Shown here: piece after piece, positions 47,913-57,575 of the stretch
Layout: each line of letters opens with the position of its first letter
Numbering within the stretch: the first letter of the stretch is position 1
Translations under genes and position numbers: made by a program
Notes under the pieces: model-generated
What the model was told of the DNA's origin: nothing
The model's input: only the letters and a program-made list of their open reading frames with translations
The model's database searches: none
Source: an uncultured Gammaproteobacteria bacterium
GTDB lineage: Bacteria > Pseudomonadota > Gammaproteobacteria > SZUA-229
NCBI GenBank assembly: GCA_963807625.1
Contig: CAWECN010000011.1
Coordinates: 114,883 to 178,882 of the forward strand
Length of the DNA: 64,000 nucleotides
Reading direction: 5' to 3'

Positions 47913-48931
47913 TTTCTCTGCTCTGGCCCTGGGCATTTGCAGCCCTCCCCCTGCCATTTATCTTCAGGCTGATACTGCCACGCGCTAAAACAAATGATGC
48001 CGCGCTTCGTGTTTCACAGATAGCTGATTTTCAGTTAAGTGACAGCACTTCACCCGCCGGCAGTTCATCACGCTGGCCGTTACTGCTGTACACCCTGGCA
48101 TGGATCTGCCTGGTGACCGCCCTCGCCCGACCACAGTGGACCGGTGAGACCATCGAGATACCTGTCAGCGGCCGTGACCTGATACTCGCCATCGACATCT
48201 CGAAGAGCATGGATCACAAGATACGCCACAACTTACGTTCCGTAAGCCGGATCACTGCGACCAAAGCGGTTGCCAGTGCTTTTATCGAAAAACGCGTTGG
48301 TGATCGCATCGGCCTGATATTATTCGGCGACCAGGCGTATGTGCAGTCACCACTCACTTTCGACCGTACCACGGTCAACATACTGTTACAGGAAGCGGTC
48401 ACCGGCCTCGCCGGACAGGCCACCGCTATCGGTGATGCCATCGGCCTCGCGGTAAAACGTCTCGATAAAGATCAGAAAAAGTCATCTGCGGACAACGGGA
48501 AAAAGAGTATCACTGATGACCGGGTACTCATCCTGTTGACCGACGGGGTGAGTAACCGCGGTGAGATCACACCATTAAAAGCTGCCGAACTCGCGGCAGC
48601 CAAGGGCCTGAAGATCCACACCATCGGTATCGGCGATCGCGATTCCAGGGAGCTCGATGAGATCACGCTGCGCCAGGTGGCAAAGGCTACCGGCGGCCAG
48701 TACTTCCGTGCTTACAATACCAGCGACCTGGTGAAAATCTATAAGCTGCTCGACGAACTCGAACCGGTGGAAAAAGACGTAAAGAGCTATCGCCCGATAA
48801 AAGCACTTTTCTACATCCCGTTAACAGCGAGCCTGCTGTTTGCAGGACTTCTCGCAGTGGCGTTATATGTACCACGCTTTAACTTCAGATTGTTCAACAG
48901 CACATCCCGTTCAGCAGACAGGCCAACATGA
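47909..48931 (+). CDS. batA: VWA domain protein BatA
   Basis: LVTALARPQW, GRDLILAIDISKSM (MIDAS), GDRIGLILFG, TAIGDAIGLA, LLTDG. Confidence 0.88.
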   Translation: MISLLWPWAFAALPLPFIFRLILPRAKTNDAALRVSQIADFQLSDSTSPAGSSSRWPLLLYTLAWICLVTALARPQWTGETIEIPVSGRDLILAIDISKSMDHKIRHNLRSVSRITATKAVASAFIEKRVGDRIGLILFGDQAYVQSPLTFDRTTVNILLQEAVTGLAGQATAIGDAIGLAVKRLDKDQKKSSADNGKKSITDDRVLILLTDGVSNRGEITPLKAAELAAAKGLKIHTIGIGDRDSRELDEITLRQVAKATGGQYFRAYNTSDLVKIYKLLDELEPVEKDVKSYRPIKALFYIPLTASLLFAGLLAVALYVPRFNFRLFNSTSRSADRPT

Positions 48932-50967
48932 TGGACGAACTACTGAACATATCACTGCAAGAAATAAGCAGCGAAGCGTTGATCATACTAAACGACCTGC
49001 ATTTCGTGCGTATCGAATGGTTCTATATTTTTATCCCATTATTCCTGTTCCTGTTTTTCTCCTACCGGACCAAACTGAATAACAGGAACTGGCTGAAGGT
49101 CATCGATCCGCAGTTATTGCCCTACGTATTGAGTCAAACAGGTAAAAAACAGCGCCGCTATCCACTGCTGTTGATATTGATTGCCGGCAGCCTGTGCATC
49201 ACCGCACTCGCGGGGCCTGTCTATAAAAAGCTGCCGCAACCGGTGTATCGTGAACAGTCATCACTCGTCGTGCTGCTGGACCTGTCACAGTCGATGAACG
49301 CGACCGACATAAAAACATCACGACTGTCGCGGGCAAAACTCGAACTGCTCGACCTGCTGAAAACGAGGAAGTCCGGACAGACAGCACTCGTCGTTTATGC
49401 CGCAGATGCTTTCGTGGTAACGCCACTGACCGATGATAATGCCACCATAGCCAACCTGGTACCATCGCTCGAAACCGACATGATGCCGGCACAGGGAAGC
49501 AACCTGTCTAACGCCCTGGAAAAAACGACGTCACTGTTAAGCCAGTCCGGTACCATACATGGCGACATCCTGGTGATCACCGATGACATCCATCCAGGTG
49601 AAGAGAGTGCGATCAATAAAGTTGTTTCGCTGGGCCACCGCGTGTCGATCTTCGGCATCGGTACCGCTGAAGGCTCACCGGTACCCCTGGTCAATGGCGG
49701 CTTCCTACAGGACAGAGACGGAGCCATCGTTTTACCCCGGCTGGATTCTGCCAGGCTACAATCATATGCATTAAGCGGCGGCGGCCTGTATACGGCACTG
49801 CAGGCAGATGACGGAGATATCGAAAAACTGGCGAAGCTGTTCCAGTCGACAGAGGTCTCGAAAGATGAGCACAGCACTGATAGCAATGACCTGAGTGCCG
49901 ATGTCTGGCAGGAAGAAGGACACTGGTTATTATTGCCATTATTATTCTTCGCCGCATTATGGGCAAGAAAAGGCTGGATTGCCGCACTGGTCCTGTTCGT
50001 CTCATCAACTGCCGGCCCAATACCGACATCGGCATATGCTGATACTGAGAATAGCCCGATACTCGACACACAGCACCTGTGGAGCAGCCCTGATCAAAAA
50101 GCGATGAAAGCGTTCAATAACGGTGACAGTGAAACCGCCGCCAGAGAGTTCACGCAGCCCGACTGGAAAGCCAGTGCCTATTACCGCAATGGCGATTTCG
50201 AATCGGCCGTCAAAGCACTGGAGAATACAGACAGCAGTGATGGTTTCTACAACAAGGCAAATGCACTGGCAAAGCTCGGCAGATATGAAGATGCGATCAA
50301 AGCATATGATAGAGCACTCAATCTCGATGAAGCCAATGCCGACGCAAAATATAATCGTGAACAGGTGAAACAGGCACTGCAAGAACAGCAGCAAGGTTCA
50401 CAGCAACAGAATGACCAGCAGCAAGATGGTGAGCAGCAGGAGCAGGAATCGCAGGATTCACAACAGCAGGACGGCCAGCAACAGGATGCTCAACAGCAGG
50501 ATGCAGAACAACAGGAACAGCAGAAAGACTCTGAACAGCAGTCTGACAAAAACGAAAGCGACGAGCAGCAACAATCATCACAGGGCAAGCCTCAGGAAAA
50601 CGATGAGCAACAGCAAGAGGAACAGTTAAAACAACGCGACGCTGAAGCCGAGGCCGAACAACAGAAGAAAGAACAAGAGCAATACCAGCAGGAGCAGGAG
50701 CAGAAGGAGCAGGAAGACAAACCGGAGAACGAAGAACAGTCGGATGCTGAAGCCAGCCAGAATAAGGAAGTCGAACATAAAGACTCGGAAGAAAAACCGA
50801 TGGACATCGAAGTCAACCCGATGGAAGCGTCTATAACTGAACAGGAAAAAGCCACCGAGCAATGGTTAAAACGTATCCCTGATGATCCCGGCGGCCTGTT
50901 GAGACGCAAGTTTCAATATCAGTACAAGCAGATACCAAACCAGACAGATAGCGAACAGCCATGGTAA
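48928..50967 (+). CDS. VWA + TPR protein (BatB/BatC-like fusion) with Q/E-rich linker
   Basis: LAGP, LDLSQSM, VTPLTDD, TPR helices (YNKANALAK), Q-rich tract, QWLKRIPDDPGGLLRRKF. Confidence 0.88.
   Translation: MMDELLNISLQEISSEALIILNDLHFVRIEWFYIFIPLFLFLFFSYRTKLNNRNWLKVIDPQLLPYVLSQTGKKQRRYPLLLILIAGSLCITALAGPVYKKLPQPVYREQSSLVVLLDLSQSMNATDIKTSRLSRAKLELLDLLKTRKSGQTALVVYAADAFVVTPLTDDNATIANLVPSLETDMMPAQGSNLSNALEKTTSLLSQSGTIHGDILVITDDIHPGEESAINKVVSLGHRVSIFGIGTAEGSPVPLVNGGFLQDRDGAIVLPRLDSARLQSYALSGGGLYTALQADDGDIEKLAKLFQSTEVSKDEHSTDSNDLSADVWQEEGHWLLLPLLFFAALWARKGWIAALVLFVSSTAGPIPTSAYADTENSPILDTQHLWSSPDQKAMKAFNNGDSETAAREFTQPDWKASAYYRNGDFESAVKALENTDSSDGFYNKANALAKLGRYEDAIKAYDRALNLDEANADAKYNREQVKQALQEQQQGSQQQNDQQQDGEQQEQESQDSQQQDGQQQDAQQQDAEQQEQQKDSEQQSDKNESDEQQQSSQGKPQENDEQQQEEQLKQRDAEAEAEQQKKEQEQYQQEQEQKEQEDKPENEEQSDAEASQNKEVEHKDSEEKPMDIEVNPMEASITEQEKATEQWLKRIPDDPGGLLRRKFQYQYKQIPNQTDSEQPW
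50380..50760 (+). repeat. Gln/Glu-rich low-complexity coding tract
   Basis: CAG/CAA-rich imperfect repeats (QQQDGQQQDAQQQDAEQQ...). Confidence 0.8.
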
Positions 50968-52724
50968 TAGAAAACACGACAATGAATGCAATCAAGACAA
51001 TGTCTATTCGGATATTCTTTTTATTCAGTATCTTTGCCACCACCGTCGTACAGGCAGCAAATATTACTGTGACGACCAGCCGCAATCCGGTGGCACTGGA
51101 TGATTCGTTTCACCTGATCTACGAAGCCGACAGCAGTGTCGATGACGATCCAGACTTCTCATCGATCTATAAGGATTTCGACGTCCTGAACAGCAGCCAG
51201 AGCACTAACATGCGTTCGATCAATGGCAGCTGGAGTATGAAGAAGACCTGGGACCTGGCAGTGATGGCAAAAAAAGTGGGCAAGTTCACTATCCCGCCTA
51301 TCGCCTTCGGTAAAGATATCAGCCCGGCGATACAGGTAACCGTCAATAACAGCAGTTCGCCGAACAGCGTGTCCCCTGATGGGCAGTCGACCATACCGGC
51401 GAAGATCTTCCTGGAAAGCGCCATCGATAATAAAACAGGCTGGGTGCAGTCACAGATAATCTACACGGTGCGTCTGCTGCGTACGGTGAGCATTGCCGGT
51501 GCGTCGATCACTGAACCGGTAACAAGTGACCCTGATGCGATCATCCATAAGATAAGCGAAGACAATTACCAGACGACAAGAAACGGTATCCGCTATGAAG
51601 TGTTCGAACGTCGTTATGCCATCTTCCCGCAAAAGAGCGGCCAGCTAAAGATCAACCCAGTGATGTTCGAAGGCCGGGTAAATGCGCAACAGCCCATGAC
51701 GATCTTCGACCAGTTCCGCATGAGCGGACAATTGAAACGTCTGCGCAACAAAGCCGTGAGCGCAAACATAAAAGCAGCTCCCGACACGATAAACCTCCAG
51801 GACTGGTTACCAGCCACTGATGTACAACTTCTGGAAGAGTGGTCTGACGATATTCAGAACATTCAAACAGGTGACCCGGTAACACGTACCATCACCATCG
51901 CAGCAGAAGGCCTGACGGCTGTACAACTGCCTGATCTAAAGTTCGGAGAGATCGACGGCTTGAAACAATACCCGGATAAACCCATAACCGAAGACAGGCC
52001 ATCAACCTCGGGTATCACCGGTTTAAAACAGATCAAGGTCGCCATTATCCCGACAGTTGCCGGTAGTTACACACTGCCAGAGATAAAATTGCAATGGTGG
52101 AATACAAAGACCAACAAAAGCGAAAGCGCGATCATTCCTGAAAAAGTATTGACGGCTATCGGCAGTGCTACGACAAATAACATCGTCACCATACCCGAAC
52201 CGGCACAGACACAAACCCTAGGCAACGGGTCGGTAGTTATCGGCGAAGAACTACCAGCAGCGGTAACCTCCGTGGCTGCTGATGACCTATTCTGGAAATA
52301 CATCGCACTGACTTTTGCTTTAGCCTGGTTGATAACTCTACTACTGTTATTCAGAAAACCCAAAACTGGCACACCGGCCTTGGCAGCCGAGACTCAGCGT
52401 ACCAGGCTACCGGTAAAACCGGCTATCGCTGCCGTGCAGAAACATGCGGCTAAGAATGATGCGATACACACCAGGACAGCACTTATCGAATGGGCAAGAG
52501 CAGCGTACGAAGACGAACATATAAACAACCTTTCACAGGTCAGCGAAAAATGTTCGCCGCAACTCAGCCAGACGATCCGTCAACTCAACGAATCGCTGTA
52601 TAGCAAGGAACACCTCAGCTGGAGCGGAAAAGACTTACTGTACTGTTTTAAGGAAGAACAGGCAATAATCGAAAAGCATAAAAATCACAATAGCTCGACG
52701 TTAAAACCGTTATATAGCAGTTAA
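50961..52724 (+). CDS. batD: BatD family protein
   Basis: Signal peptide, repeated Ig-like modules, YAIFPQKSG, WWNTKT, late TM helix. Confidence 0.85.
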   Translation: MVIENTTMNAIKTMSIRIFFLFSIFATTVVQAANITVTTSRNPVALDDSFHLIYEADSSVDDDPDFSSIYKDFDVLNSSQSTNMRSINGSWSMKKTWDLAVMAKKVGKFTIPPIAFGKDISPAIQVTVNNSSSPNSVSPDGQSTIPAKIFLESAIDNKTGWVQSQIIYTVRLLRTVSIAGASITEPVTSDPDAIIHKISEDNYQTTRNGIRYEVFERRYAIFPQKSGQLKINPVMFEGRVNAQQPMTIFDQFRMSGQLKRLRNKAVSANIKAAPDTINLQDWLPATDVQLLEEWSDDIQNIQTGDPVTRTITIAAEGLTAVQLPDLKFGEIDGLKQYPDKPITEDRPSTSGITGLKQIKVAIIPTVAGSYTLPEIKLQWWNTKTNKSESAIIPEKVLTAIGSATTNNIVTIPEPAQTQTLGNGSVVIGEELPAAVTSVAADDLFWKYIALTFALAWLITLLLLFRKPKTGTPALAAETQRTRLPVKPAIAAVQKHAAKNDAIHTRTALIEWARAAYEDEHINNLSQVSEKCSPQLSQTIRQLNESLYSKEHLSWSGKDLLYCFKEEQAIIEKHKNHNSSTLKPLYSS

Positions 52725-52872
52725 TTATATTGCTCTATCCTGCCTGCAAAGAATATAAACAACAGCCCTTGCGTCCTATAAATAAATATCAGACACTTTC
52801 TGTTTAGTTTATTACCGAGTATACTTTCGCAAAAAAAGCGATGGACCTGCACTCAAATATAACGCTACTTAA

Positions 52873-54150
52873 ATGGGTAACATTATGATCTTTGAATCGT
52901 TCGCTGAAAGCCTGTCTTTCTTCTTATGGTCAACATTCATCATCGCGGTGATCCTCGGCGCGATAGTCAATAAAACCAACTTCTGCACCATGGGTGCTGT
53001 TTCCGACATGGTCAACATGAGTGACTATGGCCGCTTCAGAGCCTGGTTGCTGGCCATCGCCGTCGCTACTATCGGTGTCAGCGTGCTCGAATACATGGGA
53101 CTGGTCTCAGTTACCGACAGCTTTCCTAACTACCGGGGATCGCAGTTCATCTACATAGAAAACATCCTCGGCGGCATATTATTCGGTATCGGCATGACCT
53201 ATGCCAGCGGCTGTGGAAACAAGACATTGATACGTATCGGTGGCGGTAACATCAAGTCGATCCTTGTTTTCATCGTAGTCGCACTAATCGCCTATTACAT
53301 GACCACACCCTTCCCTGATAGTGACAAAACACTCTACAGTGTGTTGTTTTACGACTGGGTCAATCCCCTAGCTATCACACTCGATGGCAATCAGGATATC
53401 GGCGCACTCATCGGTGGCAGTGAAAATACCGAGATAATGCGTCTGGTCGTTGGCCTGGTCGTCGCTGCCGGCATGCTGTTCTATATATTCAAAGCGGCCG
53501 ATTTCCGTTCCAGCAAAGACAATATACTCGCCGGCATCGCCATCGGCCTGATCATTCTTACCGCGTGGTATACCAGCAGCAATATCGGCGTCACCGCTGA
53601 AGATACTGATTACTCCCTGGGGGAATACTATGCTGAATGGGACATGCTGGCAGAGAGTGATGAGGGCAAACCTGCTACAGGCCGGGCACTAAATTCACAG
53701 TCATTCACCTTTATCAATCCTATCGGACAGACCTACGGATACGTTAAAGACAGTTTTGATCCTGCACTATTAACATTTGGCCTGATCTCGGTATTCGGGG
53801 TCATCCTGGGCTCGTTCCTCTGGTCGCTGATAAGCAGGTCGTTCCGAATCGAATGGTTCGTCGATTTTAAGGACTTCATGAACCACTTTTTTGGCGCCAT
53901 CCTGATGGGTTTTGGCGGTGTTTTAGCGCTGGGCTGCACTATCGGCCAGGGCATAACCGGCATGTCAACATTAGCGCTGGGCTCGATACTCACCTTCCTC
54001 TCTATCGTCTTCGGCAGCGCCATGACCATGAAGATACAGTACTACAAGCTATGTTATGAAGATGAAGCCACTTTCAGCAAAGCATTTATCACGGCACTGG
54101 TCGATATGAAACTGTTGCCGGAATCGATGCGCAAACTCGATGCCATCTAG
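52873..54150 (+). CDS. YeeE/YedE family sulfur-compound transporter
   Basis: NFCTMGAVSD, ASGCGNKTLIRIGGG, MGFGGVLALGCTIGQGITG (conserved Cys motifs). Confidence 0.9.
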   Translation: MGNIMIFESFAESLSFFLWSTFIIAVILGAIVNKTNFCTMGAVSDMVNMSDYGRFRAWLLAIAVATIGVSVLEYMGLVSVTDSFPNYRGSQFIYIENILGGILFGIGMTYASGCGNKTLIRIGGGNIKSILVFIVVALIAYYMTTPFPDSDKTLYSVLFYDWVNPLAITLDGNQDIGALIGGSENTEIMRLVVGLVVAAGMLFYIFKAADFRSSKDNILAGIAIGLIILTAWYTSSNIGVTAEDTDYSLGEYYAEWDMLAESDEGKPATGRALNSQSFTFINPIGQTYGYVKDSFDPALLTFGLISVFGVILGSFLWSLISRSFRIEWFVDFKDFMNHFFGAILMGFGGVLALGCTIGQGITGMSTLALGSILTFLSIVFGSAMTMKIQYYKLCYEDEATFSKAFITALVDMKLLPESMRKLDAI

Positions 54151-54178
54151 GAATTCCTCCCAGAACTGACTTTTGGGT

Positions 54179-54463
54179 ATGGATTCTAATGACAATAAAC
54201 AGACCACAGATCACAAACCGTGGTTTGTTTATATCCTGCGTTGTGCAGACAATAGCCTGTACACCGGTGTCACGACAGATGTCAACCGGCGTCTGGATCA
54301 GCACAACGGCATTATAAAAAGCGGTGCCAAATATACCCGCAACAGGCAGCCGGTAACACTGGTGTACAAGGAAAAATCAAACTCACGTTCTGAAGCATGC
54401 AAACGTGAATATGCCATCAAGGACCTGACCAAATCAGAGAAAGAACAGTTAATCGATCGATAA
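54179..54463 (+). CDS. GIY-YIG nuclease (UPF0213/YhbQ-like)
   Basis: WFVYILRCADNSLYTGVTTD..RR..QHN...GAKYTR..P..L...E. Confidence 0.9.
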   Translation: MDSNDNKQTTDHKPWFVYILRCADNSLYTGVTTDVNRRLDQHNGIIKSGAKYTRNRQPVTLVYKEKSNSRSEACKREYAIKDLTKSEKEQLIDR

Positions 54464-54493
54464 TAAGAAAAAACTTATATAAAAGTGATTTAT

Positions 54494-54535
54494 TTGATAT
54501 GAGTCAAGTATAAAAATTCCGGCAACGTCTACTAT
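54494..54535 (+). promoter_or_regulatory. Class II FNR/Anr-dependent promoter
   Basis: TTGAT-ATGA-GTCAA (54494-54507, centre 54500.5); -10 TACTAT (54530-35); predicted +1 at 54542. Confidence 0.7.
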
Positions 54536-54541
54536 GTATCC

Positions 54542-54639
54542 GTCGTAGGTTTTCATAGTTCCTACGACAATGCCTCCGCATTGCCTCTCTCTCCTGAAGG
54601 CATGCACACGGCGTGAGCTGGTTACTCACGCCGTTTTTT
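54542..54639 (+). ncRNA. Candidate small regulatory RNA (~98 nt)
   Basis: Starts at the base of the hairpin GTCGTAGG/CCTACGAC; two further hairpins with CUCC loops; ends in an intrinsic terminator; no + strand ORF. Confidence 0.7.
54609..54639 (+). terminator. Intrinsic terminator of the sRNA candidate
   Basis: CGGCGTGAG-CTGGTTA-CTCACGCCG-TTTTTT. Confidence 0.85.
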
Positions 54640-54682
54640 ATTTCCCTCTTCTTATCCATATTTTTATGAATATTCTCCGACT

Positions 54683-54711
54683 TTGAAACGTCTAATGCGA
54701 TACTGTATATT
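54683..54711 (+). promoter_or_regulatory. Sigma70-type promoter for the DsrE-family gene
   Basis: TTGAAA-N17-TATATT. Confidence 0.55.
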
Positions 54712-54740
54712 TTCATGATTCGCACACCCGGAGACTCTAC

Positions 54741-55229
54741 ATGTCTAAACTGCTGTTTTTTCTATTAATATCGATTAACTTCCTGATAAATACATCAGTG
54801 ATTGCCGGCAACGCGAACAACGCTCCCTGGGGTAGCGCGAAGGTCATGCCAACAGAGTATAAACCGCAAAAAGTGGTATATGATGTTCATGTTAAAACCG
54901 TTAAAGCTGTCGAGAGTGTATTAGACCGCACCAGCTACCTGAGTACTATTACTGGCGCTGACCCGTTTGACCAGTCCATCGTACTGGTATTGCACGGACA
55001 GGAACTCAGCTTTTTTGCCATCAAAAACTATGAAAAATACCAGGATCTTATGAAGCGCGCGCAGAGCCTGGTAGAAAGTGAAGCACTCACCATCAGGATG
55101 TGTAAAATTGCTGCCCAGAGTCAGGGGTTCGCCGCTGAAGACATCCATGGTTTTATCGAGATGGTACCGATGGGTGACGCCGAAATTATTCGCCTGCAAT
55201 ATGAGGAAGGCCATGCTTACATGCAATAA
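54741..55229 (+). CDS. DsrE family protein, exported
   Basis: Signal peptide, KVVYDV, VLVLHGQEL, IRMCKIAA, FIEMVPMGDAEIIRLQYEEGHAY. Confidence 0.75.
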   Translation: MSKLLFFLLISINFLINTSVIAGNANNAPWGSAKVMPTEYKPQKVVYDVHVKTVKAVESVLDRTSYLSTITGADPFDQSIVLVLHGQELSFFAIKNYEKYQDLMKRAQSLVESEALTIRMCKIAAQSQGFAAEDIHGFIEMVPMGDAEIIRLQYEEGHAYMQ

Positions 55230-56175
55230 AACTTTATCGTTTATGATCTTCGCGCTAGTCTGCGGATCACTGGTCGCTGCTGAGAAGTATGCGCCTACCA
55301 GCGTCGAGATGGACGTAAAAAAAGTATCTGAACATGTTTATTATGTTGAAGGAAAACCTGGTATCGCTACCGATAACGAAGGTTTCATTTCCAACGCCGG
55401 TTTCGTGGTCACAACTGACGGTGTAGTCGTATTTGATTCCCTCGGCACCCCTTCACTGGCACATAAACTGGTACAAAAGATCGGGGAAGTTACTGATCAG
55501 CCCATCAAAAAAGTCATTGTCAGCCATTTTCATGCTGACCATATCTACGGCCTGCAGGTATTTGAAGAGTTGGGCGCTGAGATTATCGCTCCATACGGTG
55601 CGCAGAAGTATATCCAGTCAGAAGCTGCTGCCAGCCGGCTGGAAGAGCGCCAGTTCTCACTCGATCCCTGGGTGAACGAAGATACCCACCTGGTATTACC
55701 CGATACCACCGTGGAAAAATCATACTCTTTTCAACAGGGCGGCCTGAATTTTACTATCAACTACATGGGCAAGGCGCATTCTGATGGTGACATGACCATG
55801 CTCGTCGAACCTGACAAGGTCCTGTTTTCCGGTGATATCATCTTTGAAGGCCGGATCCCGTATGTCGGCAACGCCGACTCCAAGAAGTGGCTGGAGACCC
55901 TGACCAGGCTCGAGACCGAAGGCCTCAACGCCCTCGTTCCCGGACATGGCCCGGCGTCCAGCAATCCAAAAGAAACCATCTCGCTAACACGACGCTACCT
56001 TGCATACCTGCGTAAAGTACTGGGCGAAGGTATCGAGGACCTGACACCATTTGATGAAGTCTATGCAGCAGCCGACTGGTCTGAATTCAAAGACCTGCCT
56101 GCTTTCGAGGAAGGCAACCGCATCAACGCCTACCAGGTCTATCTATCGATGGAAGCGGAATTGCTTGAGCAGTAG
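55213..56175 (+). CDS. Periplasmic MBL-fold metallo-hydrolase (SoxH-like)
   Basis: Signal peptide from ATG 55213, SNAGFVVT.DGVVVFDSLG, SHFHADH, AHSDGD, FSGD, VPGHG. Confidence 0.85.
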   Translation: MLTCNKTLSFMIFALVCGSLVAAEKYAPTSVEMDVKKVSEHVYYVEGKPGIATDNEGFISNAGFVVTTDGVVVFDSLGTPSLAHKLVQKIGEVTDQPIKKVIVSHFHADHIYGLQVFEELGAEIIAPYGAQKYIQSEAAASRLEERQFSLDPWVNEDTHLVLPDTTVEKSYSFQQGGLNFTINYMGKAHSDGDMTMLVEPDKVLFSGDIIFEGRIPYVGNADSKKWLETLTRLETEGLNALVPGHGPASSNPKETISLTRRYLAYLRKVLGEGIEDLTPFDEVYAAADWSEFKDLPAFEEGNRINAYQVYLSMEAELLEQ

Positions 56176-56315
56176 CTCATAACGCCTGTAAGTTGAGTAA
56201 TGCAGCATGCATGGATGTGTCAGAACCAGACAGTATGACTGGTTTAGAGACCAATCAGAACTGCTGAGTACCAGAACACCGACGTTCAGCTACCCCTGGC
56301 TCTCGAGTGTTTGAT

Positions 56316-56780
56316 CTATTCTTTTATCCTTTGGATCAATGCCTGAATATGACCTGAATTTGCAGCGAAGTCGGCGCCACCACTACGCGAGCTGGAGCGT
56401 ATGTAGAGAGAAGATTCATCGAGGCTGATAAACTTTACCTGGACAAAAATATCGTCTTCGAACAGGAAGACCGGGGTACGTTCTACGAAGTTAGCGCTCA
56501 GGTTATCCCTGTCATGCGCCAGCACATTCCAGCCAGCCTCTGCAGCGACAAATAAAACACGCTGATATAATTTTTCCGCATCGACATTAAATACCGGGGT
56601 ACGTAACTCTGCAAACGGATGATCATCCGCGGTTTCTGCAAAATTCGTGGTCAGGAATGTTGACATGCGTTCATAAAATCCAGGCTCCTCGAACAGGTTA
56701 GCCTGGTTCCTGTGTAGAGTAAAAAAAACCAGCCCCACAATCAAAATCATTACAAACGCTATTATTTTTACTGCTGTCAT
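56316..56780 (-). CDS. DUF1499 family protein
   Basis: N-terminal TM helix; RTPVFLFEDD, IRSSSRSGGADFAANSGHI. Confidence 0.75.
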   Translation of the reverse strand: MTAVKIIAFVMILIVGLVFFTLHRNQANLFEEPGFYERMSTFLTTNFAETADDHPFAELRTPVFNVDAEKLYQRVLFVAAEAGWNVLAHDRDNLSANFVERTPVFLFEDDIFVQVKFISLDESSLYIRSSSRSGGADFAANSGHIQALIQRIKE

Positions 56781-56812
56781 TATTAATCACCTTCCCTTAA
56801 TGGATCAAGCAT

Positions 56813-56842
56813 AAAAAAACCATCGTTAATATAACGATGGTT
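56813..56842 (-). terminator. Intrinsic terminator after the PEP-CTERM-type gene
   Basis: Minus strand AACCATCGTTA-TAT-TAACGATGGTT continuing into a T-run. Confidence 0.8.
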
Positions 56843-56879
56843 CTTATTATATAGCTCGTCGATTTAAAATTGCTACATA

Positions 56880-57527
56880 TTAAACACGGCGTCTCGCTGC
56901 GACTGTCAGGCCAACCAGGCCTGAACCGAATAGCCACAACGCCGCAGGTACCGGAACCACTGCCACGCCAGAAACACGGACGACCAGATCGTTGTAATCA
57001 CGGTCACCAAGTCTCTTTAGATCTTCCCATGCCACTACATAATCGCCGGCATACTCACCATCCGTGATTAACCAGCTCACCATATGATCTTTGGCAGCAG
57101 AACACCGACCACAGAAGACATTATCTAATGGATCTGAGCTGAATAATGGAGAACCGCTAGGATCTAATCCAAAACGAAAGGGTGAACCTGAATCAGCCTC
57201 AGTAAAAGTATTACTCTGACCATCCATATAAGGCACGTAGAGTAATGAGGTGAAGTTATCATCGCCGTCGATAAAACCGAAGTCTTGCTTGTAACCAGCG
57301 TATTTTGCCACGGCAGTCACGGAGACTTCATCAGCCACAATATTCCAGTACTGATCAAGCTCATCATCGATACGCATTAGATTACCTAGGCCGAACTCGA
57401 TGTCCAGGATACCACCTGAACCCAACAGGTCTGGTTCATTGGGGCTCGACCAAATAATCGTGTTCGCCATAGATAACTGGCTCAAGAATAGCGCAGTCAA
57501 TCCGGCTAAAGTTGTTAGTCTGTTCAT
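56880..57527 (-). CDS. VPLPA/PEP-CTERM sorting-domain protein with DUF4114-like motif
   Basis: Signal peptide; AWEDL...DRDYNDLVVRV; C-terminal VPVPAALWLFGSGLVGL..AARRR. Confidence 0.9.
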   Translation of the reverse strand: MNRLTTLAGLTALFLSQLSMANTIIWSSPNEPDLLGSGGILDIEFGLGNLMRIDDELDQYWNIVADEVSVTAVAKYAGYKQDFGFIDGDDNFTSLLYVPYMDGQSNTFTEADSGSPFRFGLDPSGSPLFSSDPLDNVFCGRCSAAKDHMVSWLITDGEYAGDYVVAWEDLKRLGDRDYNDLVVRVSGVAVVPVPAALWLFGSGLVGLTVAARRRV

Positions 57528-57575
57528 AATTTTTTAATCCTTTAAATATAGAGGAAACATTTTTAAAGTTTTGTG

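Noticed and set aside
50380-50760. Q/E-rich tract as a novel repeat protein
   Set aside because: A low-complexity linker after the TPRs is normal for BatB/BatC-type proteins.
54449-54556. 35-codon minus-strand ORF (MKTYDGYIVDVAG...) with AGGA RBS; also ORF-track 54504-54725
   Set aside because: It would run through the FNR box and converge into the GIY-YIG stop with no promoter or terminator support. The + strand sRNA explains all elements better. Not fully excluded without Ribo-seq.
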